This document shows, piece after piece, positions 13,593 to 25,900 of a DNA stretch of 64,000 nucleotides. The translations under genes and the position numbers were made by a program. The notes beneath the pieces are model-generated. The model was not told the origin of the DNA. It did no database searches and saw only the letters and a program-made list of their open reading frames with translations. Each line of letters starts with the position of its first letter. Position 1 is the stretch's first letter. The stretch spans positions 2,418,001 to 2,482,000 of the forward strand of contig OZ316776.1 in the NCBI GenBank assembly GCA_973851085.1. The letters are read 5' to 3'. The DNA is from Ptychomitrium polyphyllum. Taxonomy: Eukaryota.

Positions 13593-14383
13593 TGAGGACA
13601 TCAATCTCTTTTAGTAGGGGGAGAGTGGCTTGTAGTTATAACTTCTTCACATCATGTATTGGTTCCTTGACTTATGGCAATAAAGTTCAACTTTTGTGTG
13701 TGCGAAGAGAAGAGTATAAGATGACGTCCTAGTCTTGTGCTTGTGCTATGTTGGTAGAAGAGGGGGAATAGACATGTGAAACCAAGTTGAAAAGGCCGAG
13801 TAATGGGGACCAAGGCTGGGAGGAGGAATGATTAAAACTATGAAACCTCCTTGCCCGTGGCTTGTCCGGGCGAGGACAAGGTAATGGCGCGTGCTCATAA
13901 AAGCGCCACTCCTACAAACTAACAAAAGTTAGTGCATGGAAGTCATGAACCCATGTCTCAATAGAGATAGTGGGATCCAGGTTGGGCGGAATTTGGCATT
14001 ACCCCCGTGCGATCAAGTCGTGGAATAAAAAGCCACCTTGGGTTTGCAACCAAGACAATTTGGTGGAGCATTGAGGTCCAGCCTAGTCAAAAAGGAAGAG
14101 CTAGGGAAGTGTAGCCTAACTAGGGAGTGTATCTCAAGAGGGTCTCAAAGTAGGTAGGTCTAGAGTAGTTTAGGGCCCCAAAGATTTTTGTCTAGGGTGC
14201 CTAAACAAACCACCTCCTAAATGACACCTTTGAGACTTTGCCAAAGACTTATGAGTGCATTGTGGAGATCACACCCTGGATGAAACACAATGCTGCACCA
14301 CTAGAGGATGGCAACCTTGGAATTGGTGTGCCGACTACAAGTATAGTCGATGAGGGCATCGACTCCATTAAGGTGGAGGTGAA

Positions 14384-15526
14384 TGTTGCGCACCTCTGTT
14401 TGAAGAGTGCCCGCAACACTAAGGGCACAAGGGGGACCCCGGAGTGACGTCCGGGACTTGTGGCGCCGATAGTGAGGGAAACCGAGTGGGCCTAACGTGG
14501 GAAGGACCCTTAAGGGGGAGAAACATCCTTGCCCATGTAGACCAAGGGCCACAAAGGATAGATGGCTGGCATTGGAAGAATCACAAATAACTGATTCTGG
14601 AATGCTAAAGATTGTCCAAATCGGACAAGAGAGCTAAAAGTTATGGCATCCCAAAGTTGTGGCTACTAAGGGGCTGTTCTAGACTGTGGGAGCTCTAGAC
14701 AATGAGTGTATTGGATTGGGACAATACAGGGAGGAACTCCTTAGGAGTCCTGAACCTTGGAAGACGCATATCTCCCAGAATACTAAGTCAAATCAGACGT
14801 TTGAAGAAAATATCAGCATGTATGCAAAGTGTACATGACGATAGAGTGGTCTTCAAAGAAGATATGGCTCCCTGAGGGTCTGCAAGAAGTCATGGAAGCT
14901 TCCAGCGGCTAAGTCCCAAGGGTGATGGGGTAGTCTTCCAAAGTTTTGGGTGTGTTGGGATTCAGCCAACTACAAAGCGCTAGAGGGCCTGCCAAATCTC
15001 ACAGAGAATACTATAGGGGAGGGTTGGTTCCTCTTCCTACTCTCCTAATGCCTCGGTAGGAACCAAGAGTGAGTCCCGGGTTGTGGAGCTAGTGTTGGGG
15101 CTTTACCATGGAGACTCCTACACCGTTGTGAGCCGCTGGATGACCGTTTCTACGAAGGAAACTAGTGAGATCAAAAGGGCATGCTTGTTAATAGCAAGTT
15201 AGGATGGTATCTTTACACCGGCACCATGATGGCCCGGGGTGATCTTAGGATCAGATGGGATCATGAGTGGTGGTGAGGAGACATTACTAAGTACGAAAAG
15301 GCCGTGTGGAATGGGAGTAATATCAAGTGAGGCCTTGGACATGAATGGAAGTCCGCACCTAACCATTAGCTACCAATCAATTGGGTGTCATAAGAGAAAT
15401 GGTAGAGCGAATTGGACACCAAGCTTGAGAGTTGGAGAGTAAAAATTTGGGTTAATCATGTGCATGTTGGATATAGAAGGTTGACGCGCATGACGTTTGT
15501 TAATGTGCTTTACAAGGGTTGCGACT
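14384..15526 (+). repeat. 3' LTR (about 1143 bp, terminal CA mutated to CT)
   Basis: Direct repeat of 7747-8911 with an indel of about 22 bp near 14850. Confidence 0.9.
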
Positions 15527-16150
15527 ATCACCATACTATTATAAAGTAAAAACATTTTATTAAAAGCTATCAATACACCATCAACAAGTTATTAACATTC
15601 CGATAATATATTATTGCAACTATTAGTATGCCATAAGTAGTTATCAACATTATGTCATAGAGAACTTAAAGTTTTTATAAGGTATTGACATTCTATTAAA
15701 AACTAACAATATCTTATTACAAGTTACCAATTTTTTTATTACGAAGTATCAACATTCAGTTACAAATTATTAACATGCCATTACAAGCAAACAGTATATT
15801 ATCTCCTAATATCAACTTCCTACTTAAAGGTTTTAAAATCCTATTACAAGCTATTAACATGCTACTAATATGCTATTACAATTTATCCAAGGATGTCACA
15901 CAACACAACATTACTTCAAATGGTATCAACAACATCCTACTACATACTATCATATACAATAAATATGCTATCACCACATATCAATGTCCGTTCACAAGAT
16001 CTCAAAGTACTATCTTAGGATATCATCATCTCATCACACAGTATCATAAGGTAGCATCACTAGGTGTTAACATGCCAAGAACAAAGTGTGAACACATCAC
16101 AACATGATAGCAAAGGGTATCGGCATGGTACCAGAAAGTAAAGATCCAAT

Positions 16151-16600
16151 CATCAGCTGGATATCAAGCATCAGCTGGATATCAAGCATCAGATGGATAT
16201 AAAGCATCAGCTGGATATCATGCATCAGCTGGATATCAAGCATCAGCTGGATATCAAGCATCAGATGGATATAAAGCATCAGCTGGATATCATGCATCAG
16301 CTGGATATCAAGCATCAGCTGGATATCAAGCATCAGATGGATATAAAGCATCAGCTGGATATCATGCATCAGCTGGATATCAAGCATCAGCTGGATATCA
16401 AGCATCAGATGGATATAAAGCATCAGCTGGATATCATGCATCAGCTGGATATCAAGCATCAGATGGATATAAAGCATCAGCTGGATATCATGCATCACCT
16501 GGATATCAAGCATCAGCTGGATATCATGCATCAGCTGGATATCAAGCATCAGATGGATATAAAGCATCAGCTGGATATCATGCATCAGCTGGATATCAAG
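16151..16600. repeat. Minisatellite of 25 x 18 bp, consensus CATCAGCTGGATATCAAG, with higher-order 72-bp periodicity
   Basis: Variants A=CATCAGCTGGATATCAAG, B=CATCAGATGGATATAAAG, C=CATCAGCTGGATATCATG, arranged (AABC)x4, ABC, A'C, ABC, A. Confidence 0.97.
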
Positions 16601-18098
16601 CATGGACGACATAGTCCATGCGTGAGACGGGATGGGATGAACGGTGTAGGAACATGCGGGGAATTACTTTCCGACGTGATTCGCCTTTTGTGCAAAAGGT
16701 AAAAGGATCGGATGTGCTTTGTGTTGTGGAGCGCTCTAAGTTTGCTGGTGGATCGCAGTCGTCGAAGCGCGAGCATTCAGTGCGCGGACACAGGCGTCCT
16801 CGTCTGCGAGCGTGGAAGCTATGGAGCTCATGCGAGGAATGAGGACGAAGCTGTCGAAGTACTGTGATGGAATAGAATGCTGTTCTGTTTTCCGTTCCGC
16901 GTTTGTAGTTTCTCCTGACCGACAATGGAAACGCCATTGCGCGGTGTTTTTCTGGATCAGTTCGTGGACTGTCAGGCGCATGCAAATGGTGTTAGCTTCT
17001 CGTATCATGCAGCGGATGGGTGTTGTGATAGTGGATTGCTTGTGGGTTGCATTGGTAGGTTTGTAGCGCCTTCGTTGTTTTATTTCCTGGTTAGTTAAGT
17101 TTGTAGTATTGGTGCCGTAGAATGTTGTGGCAATCGGTGGGCTTTGCGGGTTAGAGCGTTAGGGTTTTAGGCTTTCGCATGCACTCCATTGGCAGAGTCC
17201 AGTGAGCTTCATTCTTAGACCATTTTCAGTTGTCGTTCGATTGCATTTACCGGAGGTTTGATTCTCAGCAGTCGATCGAGCTGTGGAGGGAGCAGTGGGG
17301 TTTGTGAATTAGTAAGGATGCCATTCTTGTGTTCTTCAGTCATTGAGTTATCTTCATGAGGTGGTAGGCGAGGGAGTAGTCTCGGATTCTCGACTGGGAG
17401 TTCATCTCAGCGATTTGCTCTCTGCCTTAATAGCTTGTACTACGAGGGAAAGTGAAGTGGCTGGAACAGAGTGTCAATGGTGAGGCCAATTTGAAGAAGC
17501 TCAAGGTAGGAGTTCAGCATCATGACCTTAGTTTCTTGCGGCAAATTGTGATTTCGTCCCCCAGGCAAGCGCTAATGTGAATGTCGAGTGGGTTTTTTCG
17601 GGATGGAGCTTAGTTTCCTTGATAGTGGTGTTAGCCGTAGAAGTTGGTGCATAGCTAATTGCCTATAAAGGTAATGTAGTACGTTGTGAGTGGAGATATG
17701 TTTGGCGCAGGGCATGTTGGTGATTCTTTATTGAATCATGATAGTGGCTCGTTTTTGAATCATGCTAGTGATGAGTCATATAATCAGTTGTTGCAGCATT
17801 GTTTCTTCAACTCATGAAGGATTTTCTAGTCGGCTCGTCATCATGAATCCTGTTGTATGGAATCTTTAACCTAAATCAAATCTAAATTGATGCCTTGTAT
17901 TGGAGCTCTCAGTTACCGACCGCTGTGTTGCAATGCCTTATTTCATTGGTCTTAACTGCAACGTGTGAGGGAGAACACAAGTATTCTTGGGGTCCTTGGT
18001 AAGACGGGCGTTCACGGCCTGCAGCTGGTAGTTCTGACCACTTTGTTTGTGCGCTTACGTGTGGGGTGGGGTGTTTCTTATTGAATCTGCAGTGTACG

Positions 18099-19418
18099 AT
18101 GTCGATGTCGCAGCTTCCTGATGAGATCGTGGAGCGTATCCTTTCGCCCCTTTCCGTGCCCGACTTATACAGATGTATCTTAGTGTGCAAGAATTGGCAC
18201 TTACTTATTTGCAATCCACATTTTGGAGCCCTTCGTATACAATCTGAGAAAGCAAAGCCAGTTGTGGGTTTCATCTTCGCCCGCCATATTCGCATGAGGA
18301 GGGAAATTCGCTTTTATCCGCTGCCATATGAGCACTGTTATCGCACTGAGTTTTACCAGGATTACGGGTGGAGCTTCATGGACCTGACGGGGGACGAGAA
18401 GTCAAAGGTGTGGCACACAGTCAGACGCTGTGAGATGAACTTAGGAGCGCCCGGCGATACACTTACCAACTGGTTCAGTTCTGGAGCTCATGCTATGGAT
18501 GGAGGTCTAGTATGCGAATTTTTGAAATCAGATCGTCTGAAGGTTGCCAAAGTTTTCGTTTACAACCCCATTGGGAAGACGCAGCATGTACTGCCGTTCC
18601 AATATTTGATGTGCAGAACTAGTAATCGCATACAATTGAAGATGGTTGTCGACAACATTGCTCACACATACAAGATCTACCTCATGAACAACACCGATGA
18701 TAATGGGAGATATGTTGTGCAACCCACTCTGCGAATTTACGACTCGTCTACAGCTAGCTCTGGCTGGCGAAGCTGTTCCAGGCCACCCTCCTGGTTGATA
18801 ACTTGCTCCGTCATTTTCGACGGAATGTTGTACGTTATGTTTCACGGCACTGCACCGTTTCAACTTGGGGGGTTCATTCCTCCAGATAATTGGCTGTTGC
18901 GTTACAACCCCATGACGGATGTGTGGGAGGATCCTAACGTGCATTACCTAGGTCTCTTCCACAGCGCTGAACTTGTTGTTAGCGACAATCGCTTATTTCT
19001 GGTGACATGGATGAGTCAGTGGATAGACGTCGACTGGTGGTTGCAGATAACCGAGATATCGTTTGTAGATAGAGCCCAGCCCCAGCTCAAAGTAGAGTTG
19101 CGCAAGACAAACGAAATTGGACGGCAGCTTTTTGGTGAGGCACGGTCTAGCAGATACTCGAAACCTCCCAGAGTGAATGCTTTTGGGTCCTTCAGATCCA
19201 TCTTGTTGACGTCGAGGTCATCTGGTAAAATCCTGATCGTGTATGACTTGGTGAAGCGATCGTTTGAAATGCTGCCTTCAAACCCATCGGAATCCATCTC
19301 TGGTGAATTCGACCCCTCCGAAACTTGGTTTTCAACTAACATGAACGTCATGAACCTCGTTTTGCCTAGCGATTACCCGTGTTCCTCGGAAACACTTCAC
19401 AACATGAACCGTTGTTAA
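18099..19418 (+). CDS. F-box protein with C-terminal beta-propeller/F-box-associated-like region, single coding exon
   Basis: F-box motif LPDEIVERILSPLSVPDLYRCILVCKNW right after the ATG at 18099, preceded by a TGCAG acceptor. Motifs DGGLVC, VYNPIGK, IYDSST..W and YNPMTDVW follow. Confidence 0.9.
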   Translation: MSMSQLPDEIVERILSPLSVPDLYRCILVCKNWHLLICNPHFGALRIQSEKAKPVVGFIFARHIRMRREIRFYPLPYEHCYRTEFYQDYGWSFMDLTGDEKSKVWHTVRRCEMNLGAPGDTLTNWFSSGAHAMDGGLVCEFLKSDRLKVAKVFVYNPIGKTQHVLPFQYLMCRTSNRIQLKMVVDNIAHTYKIYLMNNTDDNGRYVVQPTLRIYDSSTASSGWRSCSRPPSWLITCSVIFDGMLYVMFHGTAPFQLGGFIPPDNWLLRYNPMTDVWEDPNVHYLGLFHSAELVVSDNRLFLVTWMSQWIDVDWWLQITEISFVDRAQPQLKVELRKTNEIGRQLFGEARSSRYSKPPRVNAFGSFRSILLTSRSSGKILIVYDLVKRSFEMLPSNPSESISGEFDPSETWFSTNMNVMNLVLPSDYPCSSETLHNMNRC

Positions 19419-21539
19419 AGTATCAGCTCCATTCGGCTGGCAGTGAGCGGCTTGTTTACGGCGAGTGCTTGCTGCAAGTTGCAAAACTCTTAAATTTTCG
19501 AAACTTTCTAGAAATTCTTTTGGCGTTTCAGCTTCAATTGACAACCAACTCATGTAGACTGGACAGTACATGGCGATTCTTCTTGTAGCAGTACGGGACG
19601 TCTTGTGTCTTCTTTAGTGATCAATTAACTGCTTCAAATCATTTTTCGCTCGAGGGAGCCATTTTGAGAATCACGAATCCCCGGCATGCGGTATTAGGAA
19701 TTTCCCTTTTCGTAATATTTCCTTTGGTTTAGATTATAACTAAGATTGCGTTGCAAAACCTGAAACCTCAGTTGCGTTGAGTAAATTAAGTGTCGATAAC
19801 TTTGTCGATCGGTACTCTAGAATTGCAGTTATTGTATTTCAGTTTGGAACATTTGCCTACTCGTGGCCAGTAAACAACAGTAAGTACAGAGAAATGGTCC
19901 GGTAGGTGGAATGAAAAATTGAATATTGAAAAAGGAACAAGAATCTGCATGCCTCCTCCGTAGCACGTCACACTTGAGGATTTGATCCAATGTAGAGATA
20001 CAGAACCTGTCTGCAAACCACTCTACCCTGAATCTGGATAATAGAACGCGTTTGAGAATTTCCACGACAAAGGTGGACAGTTTTGATTCAAAAACCCTTG
20101 TCCCTAACTCCCAGAAGATTGAGAAAAGATTTCAAGGTGCAAATTAAGTACTCGTGATTCACCGCTCCATGTCTTAAAAGGAAATTGGGCGTTCAGAATA
20201 AAAAAAAGTGGTATAGTGTCGATCGAATGTAGGGACTTCCGCCATACATAAAAAATAACATGAATTCCACCTTTGCATGGAATCCTCCTCTGACCCGGAA
20301 CAGCCTCCAATTCTGGAGATCCGATGGATATCAGCAGCCTGCAATTGCCCATGTAGTGTGTCTTTACGAGACTCTGTCGTCATGAATGTCATGTTGCTTG
20401 TCCCAAATAACTACAGGAAGGATCGTAATCCTGACAAGTATTGTAGATCTATACCGAGAGAAAGCCATGAATGTCGTCTGTATGGTTGGAATGCATGCAA
20501 AGAGGTTTTTGACCTCCTTTTAGGCAATGTAAGAAAGTACGTTGATCGAGCGATGGGGTTGTCTTGTGATGTTACGACGATGTTGGGCAGCCAAGAACGC
20601 TAATGGAGTTGTTCGCATTGTGATTGCAAGTGGTGTGTGCGATCATAGCTTATGTAACTGCAACTGTAGTATGATGCAGGGTGAAATCGCCACCAGGTGC
20701 CACGCGGAGGTTGGAGTGGGTTGCGGCAGTGCAACCAACCCTGCAGTTATGGAGTGAGGCATATGTTGATCTCGTCTACTGGACAGGCCTCGTGGAATTC
20801 TTGCGATAACTTTATTGTTCCGACTGCAGAATGGCGGATTGTTGAAGGAGATCGCACTCGTGGCCTACGTCTTCTCGTCACAGCTCGTGCTTGCCCATCC
20901 AGTCCTGAAATCGTATGTGCAGGGCCACATACGGTCGCGACCATTCGTGCTGCTTTATGGACTGGTTGCCATCGGCGGTCAATTCTTCTAGGACCCTATC
21001 ATGTATCTTGCCTTCTCAGGAACTACGTAGGAATTCTTGGGATTTATGGTATTGACTGCTTGTCGGCAGTTTCGCGCGCACGCCGGCGTCGCGCAGCTTT
21101 TGAAATGAGTGGTGGCATCCATCTTCTCCAGGTGAGTTTTACGTGTAGGAACTTGACGTTTTGAAATTTACAGGTATAACTTTGGTTTGTAAATTGCTTT
21201 TAGGCAGAGATTCTGATGCTCTTCAAAATTGTGATCAGGTGCTGCGATGGGTGAACATGGGAATAAACCCTCTGGTAACGGGATGGTGGGGTTTCTTCAT
21301 ACTAGGTCTGATAACCGGCGTTAGCAAAGCCCTTCTGCTGCTCCTGGAGGATACATCCACCTGTAGCAGAAGCACTCGAAGATCAACCAACAGACGTTGT
21401 CGATTCCGGTTCAGATGACGACTACATGGACCACATAGAAGGCATTTCTCTTCTAGCCGTAATCAGCCACGACGTCCTCGATCTCGAAAGTAGGCTGTCA
21501 GTAGAGGTTTGAGCTCTTCGCAGTTACGAGCATTGTGAA

Positions 21540-21870
21540 GGGCACAACATGGCATCATACTGAGCTGGAGAGCTTGGGCAGCTGCGAAGGCCCTGCAGCT
21601 GCGCTCAGCAAATTGCCATCTCCAGGCGTCGCCTCGAAATCACGCTTGCAGCAGGCAGCGCAGCACAAGCTCTCCAACTCCAACTCGCTCAAGGAATGTG
21701 CGAAGCGCGACCGCTTGTTCGCTGTGCGTCCGCAATCGCAGGTTTCTGTGGCGCTCTCAGATGGGAATTCTGCGGACACGACGGCAGCATCAGTGCAGCA
21801 TCCGCTTGGGCGATAATATCACTGCAAATTCGCCAACTATCACTCTGTAAGAATCCTCGTCCTTCCGCTT
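21540..21870 (+). repeat. Duplicated copy of the 3' end of the IQD-like gene (about 31342-31670)
   Basis: Near-identical DNA. HTELES...QHPLGR* peptide shared, with 5 substitutions by hand comparison, and the match extends into the 3' UTR. Confidence 0.95.
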
Positions 21871-21879
21871 TTGAAGTAG

Positions 21880-22275
21880 CTGTCCTCCATGCTCCATTTT
21901 CATCCTTGAGCGCCCCCTTAGTTCCTTGTTCCTGATCCTACGTATTCTGTCATGGATGCTCCCAAGTGACATGGACATGGACGAGCTCAGTCTGCGCGCC
22001 CTCGGCAAACGTCTAGCCCACCTCCAACTCACCCCAATTTTCATGAATGAAACCTTCAGCATCACAATAATTTTGAAGAACTGACTCCAGATGGGAAGCG
22101 AGTGCAGTGCCTTGAACGCTTCCGTGTTGCTAGCTTTCACCCCTTCCTCCTCTTTTTTGCTCATCTCGACTGCCGCTAGCTCTTCGTCAAGACCAGAATT
22201 GGGCTTCTAGAGCTGACTTCATGGACCCTTGGAACTCTTAATTCGTTCTTCGACAACACTGCGACTCTCGCCCAT
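21880..22275 (-). pseudogene. Protein kinase N-terminal fragment (subdomain I region)
   Basis: Minus strand reads ...LPIWSQFFK, frameshift, NYCDAEGFIHENWGELEVG*TFAEGAQTELVHVHVTW...GTKGALK. AEGAQxEL resembles the variant glycine loop of bryophyte TKL/Raf-like kinases. Several stops. Confidence 0.6.
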
Positions 22276-22999
22276 CAGAGAAGACAACATTACTTTCGGG
22301 GGATGGTAGCATGCGCACGCGTTACGCATGGCTGTACAAACACCCTTCTGCACACCTCCCTTGCTTTTGCAGCCCGTCTGCAAGCCAAGTCTCTGGGATA
22401 TGCGAGTAAGCACGATCAGCGCCCTTGAAGCCAGTACTAGGGTATGGAAAGACTCTTATCGGAAGTGCGGCAATTGTTAGTAGACCATGGGCACTACAGG
22501 ATGTGAATGAGCGAGCAGTACAGGCGAGATTGGGTGACAGGGGTTCGAAAGGAAAGAGATTGGGAGACGAAGTGGTGGTACCTCACTCGGCGGTGGATGC
22601 AGAGTAAAATCGTATGCTAAGCTAGAGAGTGAAAACGATGCCGCTGGCGTTGTGCCGGCATCTGGTATACGCAGACCTGAGTTGTGAGCCACGAACTTTC
22701 CTCAAGTAGCTCCAGACTTGCTTTAAGGTTTGGGAGATTAGGTCCAGGAACTTGATCGCGTGACCACTGTGGATGATTTATTCTGCAAGTGTATCCGCCG
22801 ATGGCGTTCAACATCTAAGACGCAGTAGGTGTTGGTAACTTCCAACAGTACCGGGCGCTTCTGTGAGACTGGGATAGGCTAGCTTTTGGAAATTCTGCAA
22901 TTTAGTTTGTTTATGAGAGGTGAGCGAAATGCTTGCACGTACACTTATCGGTGCAGTGAGTGATCATATCACCAACTGTTTTGTATAAAACAAACGCTT

Positions 23000-25900
23000 C
23001 GAAATTGCATCCCAAGGCTGGGACAGTTATAATAATCATTCATGTAGACATGTGAACCAGGATCGTAAGGGTGTGTGCTTGGAGTGAAACACAGCATGAT
23101 ATTCTAGAATGCCTTTCATTCTTGACAAGAGTACATTGTTCTGAAATTTTATGTTCTTGAAAAACTAAGCTATACTGCACATGCCTGAATACAATGTGCT
23201 GGTTACGTAGTGGAATGATGAACAGGCATACGTTTTTATTCAATTAATATGCAAAAACAACCCCAATCTCTATGACAATAATATCGACATTAAACCACCC
23301 ATGCTGCGTAACTGGGAAAGACACAGACCTCTTAGTAGGAAACGGTTTGCACTATCGTCTGGCTGGAACAATTTCAAGATGGAGGTCCTCACCTTTTTAC
23401 TCACCAATTCTGCCAATGAGCCTTCTCTCAAAGTGGCACTATAACCTGGTCGGTACCAAATATGGCTATCCGCAATTGGATACAAACAAATATTTATTAA
23501 TGCAGATTTATTCTGAATTCCTCAAACTTCATTCAGAAGTCCGGGAGTTTGCAAGGTCGTCTAGCTAGTTTAGTTAGAAAAAAGATTTAATCTCTCGATC
23601 ACTTCCAATGATACCAAGATCCTAGACTCATTTGTGAATGATAATGAAGCTCTTAGTAAAACAAGGAATATAGTATTGCAATAAGTTGGAATCAGACAAG
23701 ATACATACAGAGCCTGGAAAGTGGATGTATGTTGCATATACAATTTCGAATAAACGCTCAAGATAGGGACCGTTCATTAGGGACGTTCTTGAAGGCTGTG
23801 TCCAAATCACTTTCGTTACAAATGGTAATTCCTGCAACTGCAGCTGTACAGCAACCAGGGGAATCAGAGACTGTAAGAAACGGTTTGATCGGATGTTTCT
23901 CTAGTGAAAGTTCGCCCCACTTACTTTCAACATGCTCAGTAGTATTTATTGGTCAGAAACAGGGAAGCCAAGGCAGAAATTTGTATCAGAGATGGTCCAA
24001 CTGGTCATACCTTGGTTACAATCACCATACACCTATCGCAAGGTCATATTTACGCCTTGAAGCACCTTACAAAATCTTGACAGAGAATGGTTATCACAAA
24101 CTTTCTTCCATCACCCTTACGACATGTTAATTTGCAAAGGAAATACCATGCACTATTCCAAAGCTAGCTTTGGTTCATTACAAGGACATAGCTGGTGTAA
24201 TTTGGTAACTAACGTTCTCATGTAATCACGAACCGAGTAAAGAAAACAACCTCAGTTAGGTAACCTTATCGTAAGACTAGGAGCTGCTGGTAAATGTCGG
24301 TATTCACTGAGTTTCTCAAAGGGAAGATAAACTCTGATCTTCATTTCAGGAGATTCTACAGAGAAATTTCACCAAGGCTAGCATACTATTGGTCTTGCCC
24401 ACACTCCGATCAAAATACCCGAAGAATTCTATTCAACTGGCACAAGTCCCAGAAAAATAATACCCCTTTGTATATCAACGAGAACCCAGACTGTAAAACC
24501 ATGTCTGAATGATTCAGTTTACAAATCATAATGTATTGAAGATATTGAAACCAGCACGAAACAAACACAAGCGTTCAATCATGGAACGCGTGTGTCATAC
24601 AGCACAGAATTGGGATAGGAAATGAATAGTGGATACCCACTTCGCCCAGCAGGACGAGGTTGACAGACAATCAGGCAGCTCATAAAGGAGTACCCAAGTA
24701 GTTGAAAATACTAGGAAAGAGTCAACCAAAAGTATGAAAATTTATACGTCTTAAGCCCATCTCACTAGAGCGAATCAATACATTATATATCGACTATAAA
24801 TGCATGGCTGAATCAATAAACACATGCCACGCATTTCCGCAGTGGAAAAGTCTAAAAAACGAACAACTGCAGCTTGTAGAATGGGACCACAATGGCTCAG
24901 CTGGTCCTCAGCTGTGCTGACTAATTATGAGATCTGTTGGATGTACCGTCGGATCGCCCAATTTGTACTGGGCATGAAAGAGGTCCTCTCTTCATTTGCC
25001 ATCGTGCTAGCTCAAATGCAGCCGGGTCTATGCTCCTGTATTTCTGTCGGAGATTTAAGCCGTCCTAACTACTCGTTCAAAGGAGCCTCTTCCAAAAATT
25101 TCCTTAGGGACAATATCTTGAGGAAGACTGTGGTCTTGAGTAATTTCTACCCTCGACTTAGGTACCTGCAGAGTACAGACACATCTTGCAAATTGAAAAA
25201 TTCGAGTTTGAGGAATCTTCTCAAATGCAGATTCATTGTTTAACTTTCCAAGGCTAGAAATGAATTATTAGAATTATACCGCCATTTCGGAGTTGATGTA
25301 ATGTGCCAGAGCTCTGCGAATTTCTTCTTATGAACAAAGCCATTATGCTGCCATGGCTGAATTTCATTTTCTTTAGACTTCAATTAGACTGACCGTATGG
25401 GTTCCTGGTCTTGTGACTGTGAGTACCATGTTACATCGTATTGTAATATGGCATGACGCCATTGTAATGGTGGGTCTCCTTTAATGAATTCTTGAAAATG
25501 GTCCAAGATACTCGAAGCCTTGTCACCTTCATGAAGTTTTCAATTATTACTTTAACACCAGAATATAAGCACTGACCTTACGAGAACTTGAAGAGAAGAA
25601 AACGATTGTTCAATGAACATTATTTACAGGCGTTAATCCGCTGGACAAACGATCTAATCGCCGAAGATCTGGCGGTTGGAAGGCCCGCATTCCTCGAGCC
25701 TCCTAATCTCCAGATCTTAAGCAATTGGCTTAACAGAGAGCCTGCTGTAAGATTGATGAAGTAGGTTATAAAATATGATTATGTTTCTGGTACTTTTCCG
25801 TATTCTCCACACCAGGTGTTGTAACTTGTCATGGTATGATTATAGACCACATGGAAAAGACAGAAAGTAAAGCTGAATCAGTGCACTCCCGTTTGTTACG

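Larger units (their letters stand above)
7747..15526 (+). mobile_element. Full-length, decayed Ty3/gypsy LTR retrotransposon (chromovirus)
   Basis: Two LTRs, a 5-bp TSD ATCAC (7742-7746 and 15527-15531), a degenerate PBS-like ATCAGTATCAAAG after the 5' LTR, a purine tract AGGTGGAGGTGAA before the 3' LTR, and gag-PR-RT-RH-INT-chromodomain order. Confidence 0.95.

Noticed and set aside
16151..16600. CRISPR-like array, or real genes for the 169/171-aa repeat ORFs
   Set aside because: Units are contiguous with no unique spacers, there are no cas genes and the context is eukaryotic. The ORFs follow from a stop-free 18-bp unit.
19700..21500. Short Cys-rich ORFs, possibly further viral or host gene relics
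   Set aside because: No motif I can assign. Worth including in the same frameshift-aware search as the candidate viral relic.
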